From a virus (taxonomy: Duplodnaviria > Caudoviricetes), in IMG/VR virus record IMGVR_UViG_3300014969_000017, positions 8,795 through 72,794 of that record: DNA of 64,000 nt; one strand, given 5' to 3'. This document shows, one piece after another, positions 20,401-30,600 of the stretch; the stretch's first letter is position 1, and each line of letters begins with the position of its first letter. The notes under the pieces were generated by a model, which worked only from the letters and a program-made list of their open reading frames with translations, searched no databases and had not been told where the DNA came from. Position numbers and translations under genes: made by a program.

Positions 20401-23400
20401 TGGACTTCGCGTACCGGCTGGCAACCTCGGGATACTTCTCCTTGAACGCGGCCATCGACTCGGACACCGACCCGGCCGCGAAGCGACCGCTCTCGTCGCG
20501 TGGATGTGAGCCTTCATCCCAGTCGAGCATGAACGACAGTGCCAGCTTGCGCGAGCCGACTTCCGTCTCCGTCCACGGCCCGTGGTTGCGCGTCCGCAGC
20601 ATGTTGATGGCTGAGTGCTCGGCGGTGTACTTCGCCTCGGGCTTGGCTTTCACCAGTCCGTACCACCGGCCCTTGTTCATCTCCACGCCGGTGGTCGGGT
20701 CTGCGACCGTCGTGGCCGACTCGGCCCACGCGTGATCGAACGTCTGCCCCTCGCCGTTCGTCACCTTGCCGTGGACAAGCACGTAGCCATCGCGCTGGCG
20801 CACGAACCGCGCCGCGTTGCGGAAGCATTCACCTTTCTCACCGGCGGGGATGTCCGTCACCGTCTCCGCCGACGCAGGCTCCACCGACGCCACCATCGTG
20901 GCGTGGCTGACGTTCATGCCCTCCTTGGTGCCGTTGTATTCCGAGTCCACCTCGGTGCCGCCCGACTTCTTCTGCGTGATCCACGACCGGGATTTCCGGT
21001 CGTACCAACTCTCGACCGTGGAGCCATCCGCACTGGTCGATTTCTTGGCTCCGTGTGGCGTGCCGCGTCCACCTTCATGCGTCCACTGATTCCCGTGGAA
21101 CTCGTGACCCGGCACGTCCCCGAGATGTACGGGGTCCGCTGCCATGTCGATGTAGTCCTTGAACGCACGCGGGTCGCCATCGATCTTGTCGATGAGGATG
21201 TCGTCCTTCGTGAACTGGACGCCCTTGGTCTTCTGCCACGTGTAGCCGCCGCCGGTTTCGTACGTGCTGGGCGGGATGTCGATGGAGTAGACGCCGTCCT
21301 TCAGTTTCGCGACGACATAGACGTGCTGCTCTCCGATCTGCTGACTGACCGTCGTGGCCTCGACGCCTTCGTCAATCAGCTTGCTGGCGATCTCGTCTGC
21401 GATGATGTGGCAGATGCCACCACCCGCATAGCAATCCGGATCCTCGTCCCAGTCGTCGTACACCTTCTGCGCGGCAGCAGCGAGCGCAGGAGCGAACTTG
21501 GCCTCCACGTCTTTGCCGGTGTGCTGGGGTTCGTCCGGATCCTCGTCGTCGCCTTCCCCATCAGTCCATTGATTGCCTCGGAACGGGTGCCCATCCACAT
21601 CCCCGAGATGCTTCTCCGCCTTCTTCAGGAACATCTGGGTGAGCGAGGCTTCGTACCGTCGCGCCTCGCGCTCGATGTCGCGCTGCACTTCCGCGACGAC
21701 CTCGGGCGGTACGTCGAGGCCGGGCGGCGGCACGAACGTCCACGCGTCGGGCTTGTCGGCTGAGAGCACGAACCACTGGCGTGCCGCGATGGGCGTCTCC
21801 TTCCGCTGCGCCGCTGGCTTTGGTCGGTACGTGAACGTGCCCCGGTAGCCAGCCTTCGCTTCCTCGCTGTTCCAGCCGATGCGCTGGTGGAAGCCCTCGA
21901 ACTCGTACACGTCGGCGCGATGCGTGTCGGGGTTGAGAATCACCGTGAGCGTGCGGCCCTTGACCGGGCGACCGATGTTCTTGGAGATTTGCTTCGTCGC
22001 CCGTTCCTTGCGGACGAGAATCTGTTCTTCCTTGCTGTCGTTCCAGCGAGCCTTGTCCGCCTCGGACATATCCGCCAGCATGGCCTTCTCGGCCTTGCCC
22101 GGCTCCCCGATGGTCAGCCGCCACTGCTGTGCGCCCGTGGTGTTTCCGGCGCTCCCAGCCTTGACCTCGATGACCTCGCCGCTGCCGTCGTCGTTGATCG
22201 ACACGAGGTCGATGGGGAAGTTGGGTTGCCCGACGTTGGACGCGTAGACGCGGTCCTTCTCCTGCTGGGTGAGGTACTCCGCGACGATGGCCTCGCCAAT
22301 CGCGCCCTGCTCCGGCTTGGTCAGCTTCGTCTTGACGCCGCCGGGATCGCAGCAGGCACGCTTGTCGCCCTTGACCGGCTCGATGCGGTAGTCGCGTGAC
22401 GCGGCCGGGTACGCATCCGTCCACTGGTTGCCGTGGAACTCGTGACCGGGAAGGTCGCCCAGTAGCAGTGCGAGCCTGTCCCGGTAGGTTAAATCTCGCC
22501 CAGTGCTCGCGCCTCCCGCAGCGCCAACCCGCCATGCTTGGCGACCCAGTCGGCTCCCTTGAGTCGCTCCAGCTTCGCTAAGAAACGTCTTTCCGCCGGA
22601 CTCTGTGCGCTTGGCGGCAGCGTCGGCACGTCGGGTGACGGCGTGCTTGCTGGCGATGGCGGTGGCGTCTCGTTTCCCTTGGTCGTAGTCGTCATAGTAG
22701 TTATCCCCCGGTTCATTCGGCGTCTGCCACAGGAACTCGTCCGCCAGTCGCTCGCGGATGTCCTCGACCGACTGGGCGTGCTGATCCAGTGCGAGGAAGA
22801 TCACATCCGGATGATCGTCCTTCTCGTAGTTCCAATCCTTCGGCGCGTACTCCGGGTTGAACGCCATGCGTCCGGTTTCGTGCAACCCGAACTGGGTGTA
22901 CAGCAACGGCAGGTACCCGTCGTACGCATCGGCCGTCTTCCCCCCGTCCGCAATCATCTGGAGCAACACTTCGCGTGCCGCGCCGGACGGCCCGTCGTTG
23001 TTGAACAGATTCCCCATGTCGCCGCCCGGCGTCATCGCGCCGCCGACCGTGCCGTCCTTCGACAGGTACAGCTTCTGGCCCTTCAGATCATCCGGCGTCA
23101 ACGGCGACAGGAACGCCATCCGCGAAGACTTGTTCCGCGCCTCGATGAATTCGTGCGGGGTTGGCTCGTGCAGAGGAACCGTGCTGATCTTCTCGCCGTC
23201 GCCGCCGCCACCATCCGCCGACCCACCCACTTCACCGGGCCGTCCGGCATGCCCGAAGTTCCCGCTGCCGGGACCACCGAGGTCTATACTACCATTGTCC
23301 CGCCCGTTCGGCAAGTTCTCCTGCCAGTCGAGCACGAGGACCGCGAGGTCGTCACCCGAGAGCACGGTCAGCGCCTCGCCTGCGAGACGGTCGGCCTCCT

Positions 23401-24100
23401 CGGCCCCGGCGTAGTCCTTCGCTGTCACCGTGCCCGTCGCGTGGGTGATGAACGTGACCGTCACGTCGCAGTTGTCGTTCTGCACATCCGGGTGGTGATT
23501 GGCCTCGTTGGCCGCATCCATCAACGCCGAGATGAACGTCGCGCACGCCCGGAGGTTCGGGAACGTGATCTGCCGCGTCAGCCCCGCATCGCCCAGTTGC
23601 CAGTCCGGATGCAGGCCGGGCTTCGCATCGCGCAGCGTCAACTGGACACCGCGCCGATGTAGCCCTCGGAGTACCGGCACGAAGTCGCCGGTGTCGGCCT
23701 GCTCGAACTCCCACACCCGCGCCGGAAGCGTCTCGTCGCCGCGCAGGACGGCCGCGCCCAGTCGCGTGTGTCCTTCCTGAATGACCCACCGCTCGCGACC
23801 GCTCCGCATCACCACGTGCGCCACGTCCGGCGGATCACGCCGGGGCTTGACGACATACGCCGACAGCCCGGCCACCGGCAGCAAGTCCCGTGTCGGCTCC
23901 AGCGTGTCGAGCCGCACGGACTGCACGGCGTTCTGGGTCGTCTTGCGATTGAGCGGCACCTTCAGCGTCGTGACCGGTGCCCGGAACACATCGGCGGCTC
24001 GCACCGCCAGCGGAATCGTCGGCGTCGAGGTCGTGGGCAGTCGGTCCAGCGCCTGCAAGCCCGGCACGGCCTCCCGCTGGGGCGCAGGCGCGGCACTCAC
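17426..24100 (-). CDS. 2224-aa polyvalent polyprotein (ParB-like, PCD-like, GNAT-like, PD-(D/E)xK, two Cys-His domains, HD, ART, zincin)
   Basis: Motifs EGHTR; NHHPDV...THA; DAYDGYLPLLYTQFG; GAIGE...IDLV...EVKAG; GICHIIA...HVYV; CFRNA...HAW...DPT; LHDIGK; FTSTM...EAEILL; HEVSH; domains separated by tags. Confidence 0.75.
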   Translation of the reverse strand: MSAAPAPQREAVPGLQALDRLPTTSTPTIPLAVRAADVFRAPVTTLKVPLNRKTTQNAVQSVRLDTLEPTRDLLPVAGLSAYVVKPRRDPPDVAHVVMRSGRERWVIQEGHTRLGAAVLRGDETLPARVWEFEQADTGDFVPVLRGLHRRGVQLTLRDAKPGLHPDWQLGDAGLTRQITFPNLRACATFISALMDAANEANHHPDVQNDNCDVTVTFITHATGTVTAKDYAGAEEADRLAGEALTVLSGDDLAVLVLDWQENLPNGRDNGSIDLGGPGSGNFGHAGRPGEVGGSADGGGGDGEKISTVPLHEPTPHEFIEARNKSSRMAFLSPLTPDDLKGQKLYLSKDGTVGGAMTPGGDMGNLFNNDGPSGAAREVLLQMIADGGKTADAYDGYLPLLYTQFGLHETGRMAFNPEYAPKDWNYEKDDHPDVIFLALDQHAQSVEDIRERLADEFLWQTPNEPGDNYYDDYDQGKRDATAIASKHAVTRRADAAAKRTESGGKTFLSEAGATQGSRLGRQAWRVGAAGGASTGRDLTYRDRLALLLGDLPGHEFHGNQWTDAYPAASRDYRIEPVKGDKRACCDPGGVKTKLTKPEQGAIGEAIVAEYLTQQEKDRVYASNVGQPNFPIDLVSINDDGSGEVIEVKAGSAGNTTGAQQWRLTIGEPGKAEKAMLADMSEADKARWNDSKEEQILVRKERATKQISKNIGRPVKGRTLTVILNPDTHRADVYEFEGFHQRIGWNSEEAKAGYRGTFTYRPKPAAQRKETPIAARQWFVLSADKPDAWTFVPPPGLDVPPEVVAEVQRDIEREARRYEASLTQMFLKKAEKHLGDVDGHPFRGNQWTDGEGDDEDPDEPQHTGKDVEAKFAPALAAAAQKVYDDWDEDPDCYAGGGICHIIADEIASKLIDEGVEATTVSQQIGEQHVYVVAKLKDGVYSIDIPPSTYETGGGYTWQKTKGVQFTKDDILIDKIDGDPRAFKDYIDMAADPVHLGDVPGHEFHGNQWTHEGGRGTPHGAKKSTSADGSTVESWYDRKSRSWITQKKSGGTEVDSEYNGTKEGMNVSHATMVASVEPASAETVTDIPAGEKGECFRNAARFVRQRDGYVLVHGKVTNGEGQTFDHAWAESATTVADPTTGVEMNKGRWYGLVKAKPEAKYTAEHSAINMLRTRNHGPWTETEVGSRKLALSFMLDWDEGSHPRDESGRFAAGSVSESMAAFKEKYPEVASRYAKSSYTEMGSIEAHTRDVGRTWATQLTPEELSGISGRFGSDVGKLMAAAIPLHDIGKADARESGGSQHEHTIPILQRVLRREGFTERDVSLATELLNHDMIGPLLRAHEGMRSQRTPQEVATILGAKAQKVGMNATDFATLQLAFFHADASSYPFVARQMTQEPSGKHTFKHASVLAPIHALIAKPHHLSINLGDVEGHPFRGNQYTDVVGGGAGVTQAVRQFKGNEGYDWHERPEMETYVRSLPPHEVEAVNNYAGFSYADINAQLRGSFVPDTVNEFVRPATEAEIAAFRPTGKSEAKAYDPDDPINKVEDGRIIRNAFTVNPATGEKVFYSVQRAVPDRARARELDKHVAAINSLIREHGYVLPEPMEVTRAAYVPGLSYEDLKAQEGGITEERGFTSTMLGNPGNRLDSYVLGGKAESLYKRYADKEGSSAIYTRQDEVAAPMRISIILPAGTKVAPVETLRRVDYAYPKVQDPAVFDHPEWLTNDDGTPNGLKASDYTRPDFTAKPTIKMDRLHETNQRSEAEILLGSGAQFRIVSVQRGPRRITSSDPKMKAVEPIDVVLEYIGGGSSEGKKDLSSKVSRRETLPSLDLGGPGSGNFGHAGRPGEVGGSSSEGPSAFVQRDTESADTEALATIEGAGPERRKWVERLVASRAADAALHDAKEAHRASIRLVEQRYGTWESLLIPPASDEEYGRRAEALEARRNADPDFRATKDAMLAAYDAAKAAQKAYDDQASPMRVEVITNLSHAVAKDMGVDPSTIHVVDKEPSTFTVGTKEFREGGHYNPATKQIEINARNLAYGDVPAVKGIAAHEVSHAIYDQFKDELEAEDERYKVLSGHYNDEKGTDWFYERFDQPHRFGETTVKPGMREQLAREFPASAVWANLHDGKMFTGLSDKIIKENGHSAYAKSYWTPEAVRVRGHGTYDTAINETVAEVTRWLIAPKSWNEEPAKASVADGKIRLQSTGLGPKSAWVAFTKGMHAWHQQKARS

Positions 24101-24423
24101 TGGGTCGCTACCGCTAGTTCAAGGTTCTCGCCCACGTGGAAGTTGAAGGCATCGGTGTGCCACTGGCCGGTCGGGAACTCCATGAAGATTTGCCCCGACC
24201 ACGGGCCGGACTCATCGAGGTCGTCCTCGACCGTCGTGTAGGTGAAGACGCCGTCGGTGCCGTTGGTTTCAAATTCCGCTGGACGCGCGACGACCCGCCC
24301 ACTCGGCTTCTTCAGCTTGAGCGTCTTCGTCGTCGCCGCTGCCGCATTGAACGGCAAGCCTTCCTCGCGGACCCGCACGCGGATGATGGAGCCAATGTCG
24401 TCCTTGCGTAGCTGTCCTGCCAT
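24097..24423 (-). CDS. BppU-N-like (Ig-fold) structural protein
   Basis: DIGSIIRVRV...LKKPSG...DGVFTYTT..DDLDESGPWSGQ pattern. Confidence 0.55.
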   Translation of the reverse strand: MAGQLRKDDIGSIIRVRVREEGLPFNAAAATTKTLKLKKPSGRVVARPAEFETNGTDGVFTYTTVEDDLDESGPWSGQIFMEFPTGQWHTDAFNFHVGENLELAVATQ

Positions 24424-24424
24424 G

Positions 24425-24889
24425 TCATCGCTCCGTATCAACCGAGAAGACCAGCCGCACCAGCACCGGCGCAGTCGTGTCCAGCGCCGTATGCACCGCC
24501 ACCGTCGCCTCCACCATCACGATCTTCCGCAGGATACCGACGGTCACATCCACCCGCCGCTCGACCACGACCATCGCCTCGACTTCACCGGGCGGCAGGA
24601 CCACCGCCGTCTCTTTCGTCTGCGAGGGTGCGAGCGCCACATCGATCAGCGCCTCGCGCTCGATGCTGGCCTCCACCTCCACCCGCCGCTCGACACCGAC
24701 CGTCGCCTCGACTTCGCCAGCCTCGATGACGACCAGTCCCTCGTCGGCCACGAGGGTGTCCACAATCACATCGGCCGTGAGCGACGTGCAGACTTGCACG
24801 TCGAACTCGATGACCTCCGGGATGACGATGACAATCCGGACAGCCGGGAAGTACAGCCCCGGATAGCCCCCGCCCGGATAGATCATCAC
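24425..24889 (-). CDS. Val-rich repetitive structural protein
   Basis: Internal repeat GEVEA.V.VERRV.V; within the fibre module. Confidence 0.45.
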   Translation of the reverse strand: MMIYPGGGYPGLYFPAVRIVIVIPEVIEFDVQVCTSLTADVIVDTLVADEGLVVIEAGEVEATVGVERRVEVEASIEREALIDVALAPSQTKETAVVLPPGEVEAMVVVERRVDVTVGILRKIVMVEATVAVHTALDTTAPVLVRLVFSVDTER

Positions 24890-24907
24890 GGCGCGATCAT
24901 ACGGCCG

Positions 24908-25255
24908 CTACTCCTGCTTCGGGCAGGCGCTGAGAAAGTCCCAGAGGTCCACCACGTCCCGCGAGACGCGCGGACTCCATGCGACCTTCTCCGTGTACTG
25001 CTGCAACAGGTCGAAGTCCTCCTGCGCCAGCACCACCGTCTGCGTCTCGCCGGTCAGCTTGCGATCCGGCTCGTTCCCCGTGGGCGAGGCCGTCGGCTCG
25101 CTGATGCGATCAAACGCGTCCTGCAACCGCGCCTCTTTGCGAATCGTGGCCGGGGAGCGGTCGCCCTTCCCGTCCCCACCGGTCGCCAGCGCGGTCCAGA
25201 TCAACGTGAACCGCGTTGCCGCCTTCGGCCCCTCGAACACCACCGCTCGTGTCAT
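24908..25255 (-). CDS. hypothetical protein (possible fibre chaperone)
   Basis: 115 aa, GAGG RBS, follows the FN3 protein. Confidence 0.5.
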   Translation of the reverse strand: MTRAVVFEGPKAATRFTLIWTALATGGDGKGDRSPATIRKEARLQDAFDRISEPTASPTGNEPDRKLTGETQTVVLAQEDFDLLQQYTEKVAWSPRVSRDVVDLWDFLSACPKQE

Positions 25256-25261
25256 GCGTCC

Positions 25262-27685
25262 TCAGTTCGGATACCGGAACTTCACGAAACCGTGCGCCCC
25301 ATACTCGCCGCCGCCGACGTTCCGGGCCTGACCGCCCTGCCCACTGTTGCCGGGCGGGGGTGCATCGACCGGGCCTCGACCGCCACGGCCCCCTGCGCCA
25401 TAGTAGCCACCGTCCCACGCCCACGTGCCCGGTCCTCCAGCGCCACCGACGTTCGAGCCATTGCCCCCGCCACCACCAGATCCGCCGCCACCGCCGCCGC
25501 CGTTACTGTTCCCGACGCCTTGACGCCCACCAGCGCCGCCGCCATACCCTTGCCCTGACGCGCCGCCGTCACCACCCCACCCATACCCCGGATCGGGGGG
25601 CGCACCACCACCATTGCCGCCGGGAGCGGCGTTGACGCCACGATAGTACGTGTTCCCGTCCACCCAGATGTTGGCGCACCACACGGAGCTATCGACCACT
25701 GGCTCTACGTCATTCCACTGGTTGACCGCACCACCACCACCGCCGCCGCCGCCCAGATCCCAGTCCTCGTTACCCGGTCCACCGGGACCACCCGCGCCCA
25801 CGAACAGGCGCTGCAACGTGCCGCCACGTCGAATCGAGAAGTTGACCCAGTCTCCAGCGACGACCCAGATCGTGGTATAGCCGCCCGAGTAATCGACGCC
25901 CCAGTTCCCGGCAGGCGCGTACGTGATCACCATCTCCATCGACGGGCGGTTGCTCGCCTGATTACTCGGGTCTGAGAAGTTGCCGTTGTACGCGTGGACG
26001 TAGCACGTGTAGGTCGCACCCGGCGTCAAGCCGCCGATGTCGAGGTAGTTGACTCCCGCATCCGCCCACGCCCACCACTGCCCATTCAGGATCAGCAGAT
26101 GCTGGACGTTCGACTGCGGAGTCCACTGCATCCGCAGGGTCTGATCATTCGAGACGGGCGTGACCGAAAAGTTGTACGCAGGCGCAGGGGTCGTCAGTTG
26201 GTAGACCTGATTCGACCACGCCGTCTCGTAGCCGTTCCGGTAGTGCGCCATCGCGTAGTAGTACCCAACATTCGCGGTGAGGCCAGAGTCGGTCCACGCC
26301 GTCGTCCCCGCATTGAGCGATCCGATGTACCGCCAGACCGGGTCGTTCGTCGCGTAGCGATAAATCTGCACGTAGTCGTACGAGCCGTTTGTCCATGACA
26401 AGGCAATCTGCGAACTGTTCACCCCGGCGACGGCGAGGCCCGACGGCGGATTGAACGCGGCCTGTAGCTGACCCGCCCCGGAGGAGTTCTGGCCGTTGTC
26501 AGGCGTGTCGTAGCCATCGCGGAGATGGCGCACGATCACGTCGTAATGCTTACCAGTCGAGAGGCCGGTCAGTGAGTACGACGCGGTCCCTGCCGCAAGA
26601 TCGACGTTCTCCCAGTTCCAGTTGTCGGTCGTATTCCGTCGCCACACGCGCACGGGATCCCCGTACGGCGCATTCGTCCACGACACATCGAGTTGTGCCT
26701 GCCCGACCGCTGGATTCGCAGGGACGGTGACGACCACACCCGTCGGAGACACGGCCGGGGGCTTGGTCCCGGCCCAGATCCACTGCACGAGGCCAGAGTC
26801 GTACTGGCCGCTCGCATTCGCCCGATAGTGCTGGAGGCCGTAGGCGCGGTTCTCACTCGGGTTTAGTTCGGTGTCCGTCCACTGCGTCGTGCCAGCGGCG
26901 ACAACGCCGACGTACTGCCACCCGTCCGGCCACGGCCCCGCGCCACCCCGGTTGATGTAGCGGAAAATCTCGATGGCATCGCCAGCCTGTGCGTTCGTCC
27001 ATGTGACGACCAGTTGCGTTGAACCGTTCAGCCCGTTCGGCGGAACGACGCTCGTCACCGTCGGTGAGTTGAACTGAATCTGGGTCGTGGCGACCGCATC
27101 ATTCGACGGCGCGGATTCGTACCACTGGTCCGTCGGCCGTTCGTGGTTGACGTGGTAGTAGTACGTCGAATTCGCGGCGAGGCCGGTGTCGGTGTAACTC
27201 GCCACGCCGGGATTGAGCGTGGCGAGGAACGCCCACGCGCTGCCGGTCCAGCGATAGACGTTCGTGTAATCCCCGTACGGGCTGTTCGTCCACGCCAGCG
27301 CGATCTGGGTCACGCCAGCCGGGAGCGGCAGCACCTGACTCGCGGTGAAGTTCGTCGGCGCGACGAACGCTTGCTGCGTCGTCGCCCCAGCGATATTCGA
27401 CGGAGCCGAGAGCCGCCCACCGCCACCCTCGGACTGCGTGACATAGAAACTGTACGGCGTGTTTGCCGCCAGCCCGGTCACGTCGTACGTCTGCACACCG
27501 GGGTTCACATAGCCGATGTACGAGCCGTTGCTGAACCAGATATTCGTGTACTGATTCGGATCCGTCGTGTGCCACGTCAGGCGAATCGACGTGATCCCCG
27601 CTGGCACCTGTGCGATCTGACTCGCAACCAGCGCCGTCGGCGGCTGCAACCGCTTTCGGTAGAGCGTCGGATGAAAGCGCGGCAT
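25262..27685 (-). CDS. fibronectin type III repeat protein with Gly-rich C-terminus
   Basis: About 6 repeats of APTN...I.L.W...YTDTGL..N..Y.Y.V; Gly-rich tail. Confidence 0.8.
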   Translation of the reverse strand: MPRFHPTLYRKRLQPPTALVASQIAQVPAGITSIRLTWHTTDPNQYTNIWFSNGSYIGYVNPGVQTYDVTGLAANTPYSFYVTQSEGGGGRLSAPSNIAGATTQQAFVAPTNFTASQVLPLPAGVTQIALAWTNSPYGDYTNVYRWTGSAWAFLATLNPGVASYTDTGLAANSTYYYHVNHERPTDQWYESAPSNDAVATTQIQFNSPTVTSVVPPNGLNGSTQLVVTWTNAQAGDAIEIFRYINRGGAGPWPDGWQYVGVVAAGTTQWTDTELNPSENRAYGLQHYRANASGQYDSGLVQWIWAGTKPPAVSPTGVVVTVPANPAVGQAQLDVSWTNAPYGDPVRVWRRNTTDNWNWENVDLAAGTASYSLTGLSTGKHYDVIVRHLRDGYDTPDNGQNSSGAGQLQAAFNPPSGLAVAGVNSSQIALSWTNGSYDYVQIYRYATNDPVWRYIGSLNAGTTAWTDSGLTANVGYYYAMAHYRNGYETAWSNQVYQLTTPAPAYNFSVTPVSNDQTLRMQWTPQSNVQHLLILNGQWWAWADAGVNYLDIGGLTPGATYTCYVHAYNGNFSDPSNQASNRPSMEMVITYAPAGNWGVDYSGGYTTIWVVAGDWVNFSIRRGGTLQRLFVGAGGPGGPGNEDWDLGGGGGGGGAVNQWNDVEPVVDSSVWCANIWVDGNTYYRGVNAAPGGNGGGAPPDPGYGWGGDGGASGQGYGGGAGGRQGVGNSNGGGGGGGSGGGGGNGSNVGGAGGPGTWAWDGGYYGAGGRGGRGPVDAPPPGNSGQGGQARNVGGGEYGAHGFVKFRYPN

Positions 27686-27688
27686 GAC

Positions 27689-30600
27689 CTACGTCGGGAA
27701 GTTCCTGCCGCCGACGTAGCCGCGCCAGCGACCGCCGCCGTTGAGCGTCGAGAAGCCAAGGATCATCGTGCGCCCCGCGCCCGGCCACACCGGCACAACG
27801 TCCTCGTCCCATACGGTGCCAGTGGGATACGTCACCGCCCCGACGGCCGCACCCATGTCGAACTGAATGGAGCAGACGTACTCGACGCCGGACGGCGGCA
27901 GGTTGCTGAACTTGATGTTGAAGGAGCCAGCGATGCCGGACGCCTGAAATGCACTACCCGTCTTCAAGTCGAACGTGAGATTCGTGGTCGGGCCGTCATA
28001 CACCGGCACTGCGCCGATGACCGTGACCGGACGACGCTGGCTCACCGTCAGCGAGTCGGCATCGAAGTTCAGTCCGATGACACCCTGCGAATCGCGCAAC
28101 GACACCGCGCACCCAGCCGCGTTGCCGGTGTAGATGACAGCACCGCCCGGATACGCGAACTCGTTTCCAGTGATCAGGAGCCGTGCGCCATGCGCAGTGT
28201 CAACCACGCCGCCGCCGCCACCGATATACACATAGCCGTTGTCCGCGCCATCCAGCGTGTCCCGCACGATGGTCGCGCCATTGCCGCCACCGCCGTCTGC
28301 CGACCCGTCGGGGCCGAGCACGATGCGACCGTTCGACAGCAGCGCCGCACCGGTCGCGCCGTCGATGGTCAGCGCCGGGTTGCCATCGGAGCGACAAATG
28401 ACCGTCTTCGCATTGGCGACGTTCCCCGGCTGCAACTGGACGCGACCGGGATTGTTGTTCTGATTGCCAGCGACGAAGATGTACGCCCCGCGCAAATGAT
28501 CCACGACACCAGCGCCACTTAAGATCAGGTAGCTGGTGTCACTCGCAGCAGCCGTCGCCAGATGCAGCGCCAGCGGTGATGCCCCGCCGACAATGTCGCC
28601 GCCGACCGTGAGTGCCTTCGTCGTCTTGTTGAATGTCAGCCCGGCATCGCCAGCGAACACGCCGCCGTCGTTGAACTGAAGCTGCGTCGTCGCACCGCCC
28701 GGCACGCCGCCGACCGCGTTGAGTGTCGTGCCGCTGAACGAGAGGTTCGTGCCCAGCACAATCGGTTCGGGCTGACCGGGGCCACTCGCACCCCCGCGCC
28801 CGAGGAGCCGCGCCTGCACGAGGTCGGGCACGAACGCTGGATTACCCTGCGGACCTTGTGGTCCTTGTGGTCCCTGATCGCCCTGTGGTCCCTGTGCTCC
28901 GGTCGCGCCAGTCGGACCCTGCGCTCCAGTCGCGCCCGTCGCACCCGTTGCGCCCTGCGGCCCTTGCGGTCCCACCGGTCCCGAGACACCGGGCGCGAAC
29001 ACGCCGTCATCGCGCAGGAACGTCGTCGTCCCACCGGGGAATCCCGCGAGCGCCGTGATCGTGATCGGATCGACACCGCCGACCGCGTGCGTCGGCGCAT
29101 GCGCAACGACGGCCGCGCTCGCGCCGCCGACCACGACCCAGTTCGTACCGTTCCACCGGCCGAGGACGTGCTTCGTGCCGCCGGTCGCAATCACGGCTCC
29201 GTTCACATCGGTCGAGGCGTCGAGGAAGCTGGCGAGCGCCCCGGTCGTCTGTCCGGCGATCCCTGCGACCGGTACTTCCTGAAGTTCGAGGCGGTTCTGC
29301 AACACGACCACGGGACCGGAGATCGCACCGTTCCATCGGAACTGCCCCGCCCCATTACGGTCGATGAACGCGGGTCGTCCAATCAGCGAGCCGTCGTCGT
29401 TCTCCAGATCAAACTGGAGATACCCGCCGGTCGTCCAGACGTGCCACCGTCGCTGGTCCGCTGGACGCGCGGTGTCGATCAGCACGAGGCCGGGGCTGTC
29501 CGATTGCACGAGCGCGGGATTCGCGATCCCCGCAGGCGCGTTCATGACGCCGAGGCGATCTACCCACCACGTCGCACTCGCGCCGCCCGGCGTCATCACC
29601 GCAATCGCGGGATCGACCTGCGTCAGCGTCGGCCAGAACTCGACCGCCGCGCCGACTGCTGGACTGCTGTCCTGATAGCGACGACCGAACTGCACCTTCC
29701 CTGCGCCGCCGCCCTCACTCGGCGTGAAGACGATCTGTCCGCCGACGATCTTGAATAGGAGACGGCCACCCGCCGACAAGCCCCAGCCGACGTTGTCGAG
29801 GCCATCGGTGTTGCCGAAGAACCCGACGGTCGCCTTCAGCGGCGCATCGGTGCGGCCGAACTCCAAGTTGCCGGAGTCGAACTCCGGGTGCAACCCGATG
29901 GTGTAGGCGCGGCTGTTCGGCCTGTCTTGGAACGACAAGAGCGCGTCCGGGGCCATCAGCAACGGATGTGTGCTGAAGATCGGCTGGACACCCGGAGCCT
30001 GCGAGATGAGCACCTGACCAAGAGGTGCCGTCGGCAACGTCGCGTTGTCGCCGGGCGTGCCTTGCGGACCTTGCGGACCCTGTTCGCCTTGTGCGCCTGT
30101 CTCGCCCTGCGGCCCGATGGGACCAGCGGGACCGACAGGTCCGATTGGCCCCTGCGGCGCGACGGCGACGACCACGAGCGCGATGGGCTTGTTGTTGCCC
30201 ATCAGGCCAGAGCCGCCAATTTCTAGCAGCGCGACCCGAATCTCGAACCAATCAACGTAGGAGATGTACTCGACCAGTTCCCACTTCTGGTACACCACCG
30301 CGATGTCGCGGTCCTGCACGTAGATGATCGAACCGGGCACAAGGTTCGCGAACATCAGGTGCGCGTCGAACCCGTCCGTGGTCAGCCAGTCGATGTACAG
30401 CGAGGTCGCCGCCAACTGGTCAACGTCGTTCCACTTCACGTTCCCCGCGCCGGGATCGTTCTGGCTGGTCTGCGCGTTCATCCGGTACGGGAACCACGAG
30501 GCCGACGGCGACGGATCGCCCTGCTCGCCCTTCGGTCCCTCCGGTCCCTCGATGCCCTGAATGCCCTGCGGCCCCTGTACGCCCTGCGGACCTTGAACGC

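Noticed and set aside
13490-23282. Tag-coding DNA as DGR template/variable repeats or REP elements
   Set aside because: Copies vary at synonymous positions, so conservation is at the peptide level; no reverse transcriptase or adenine-specific variation was seen.
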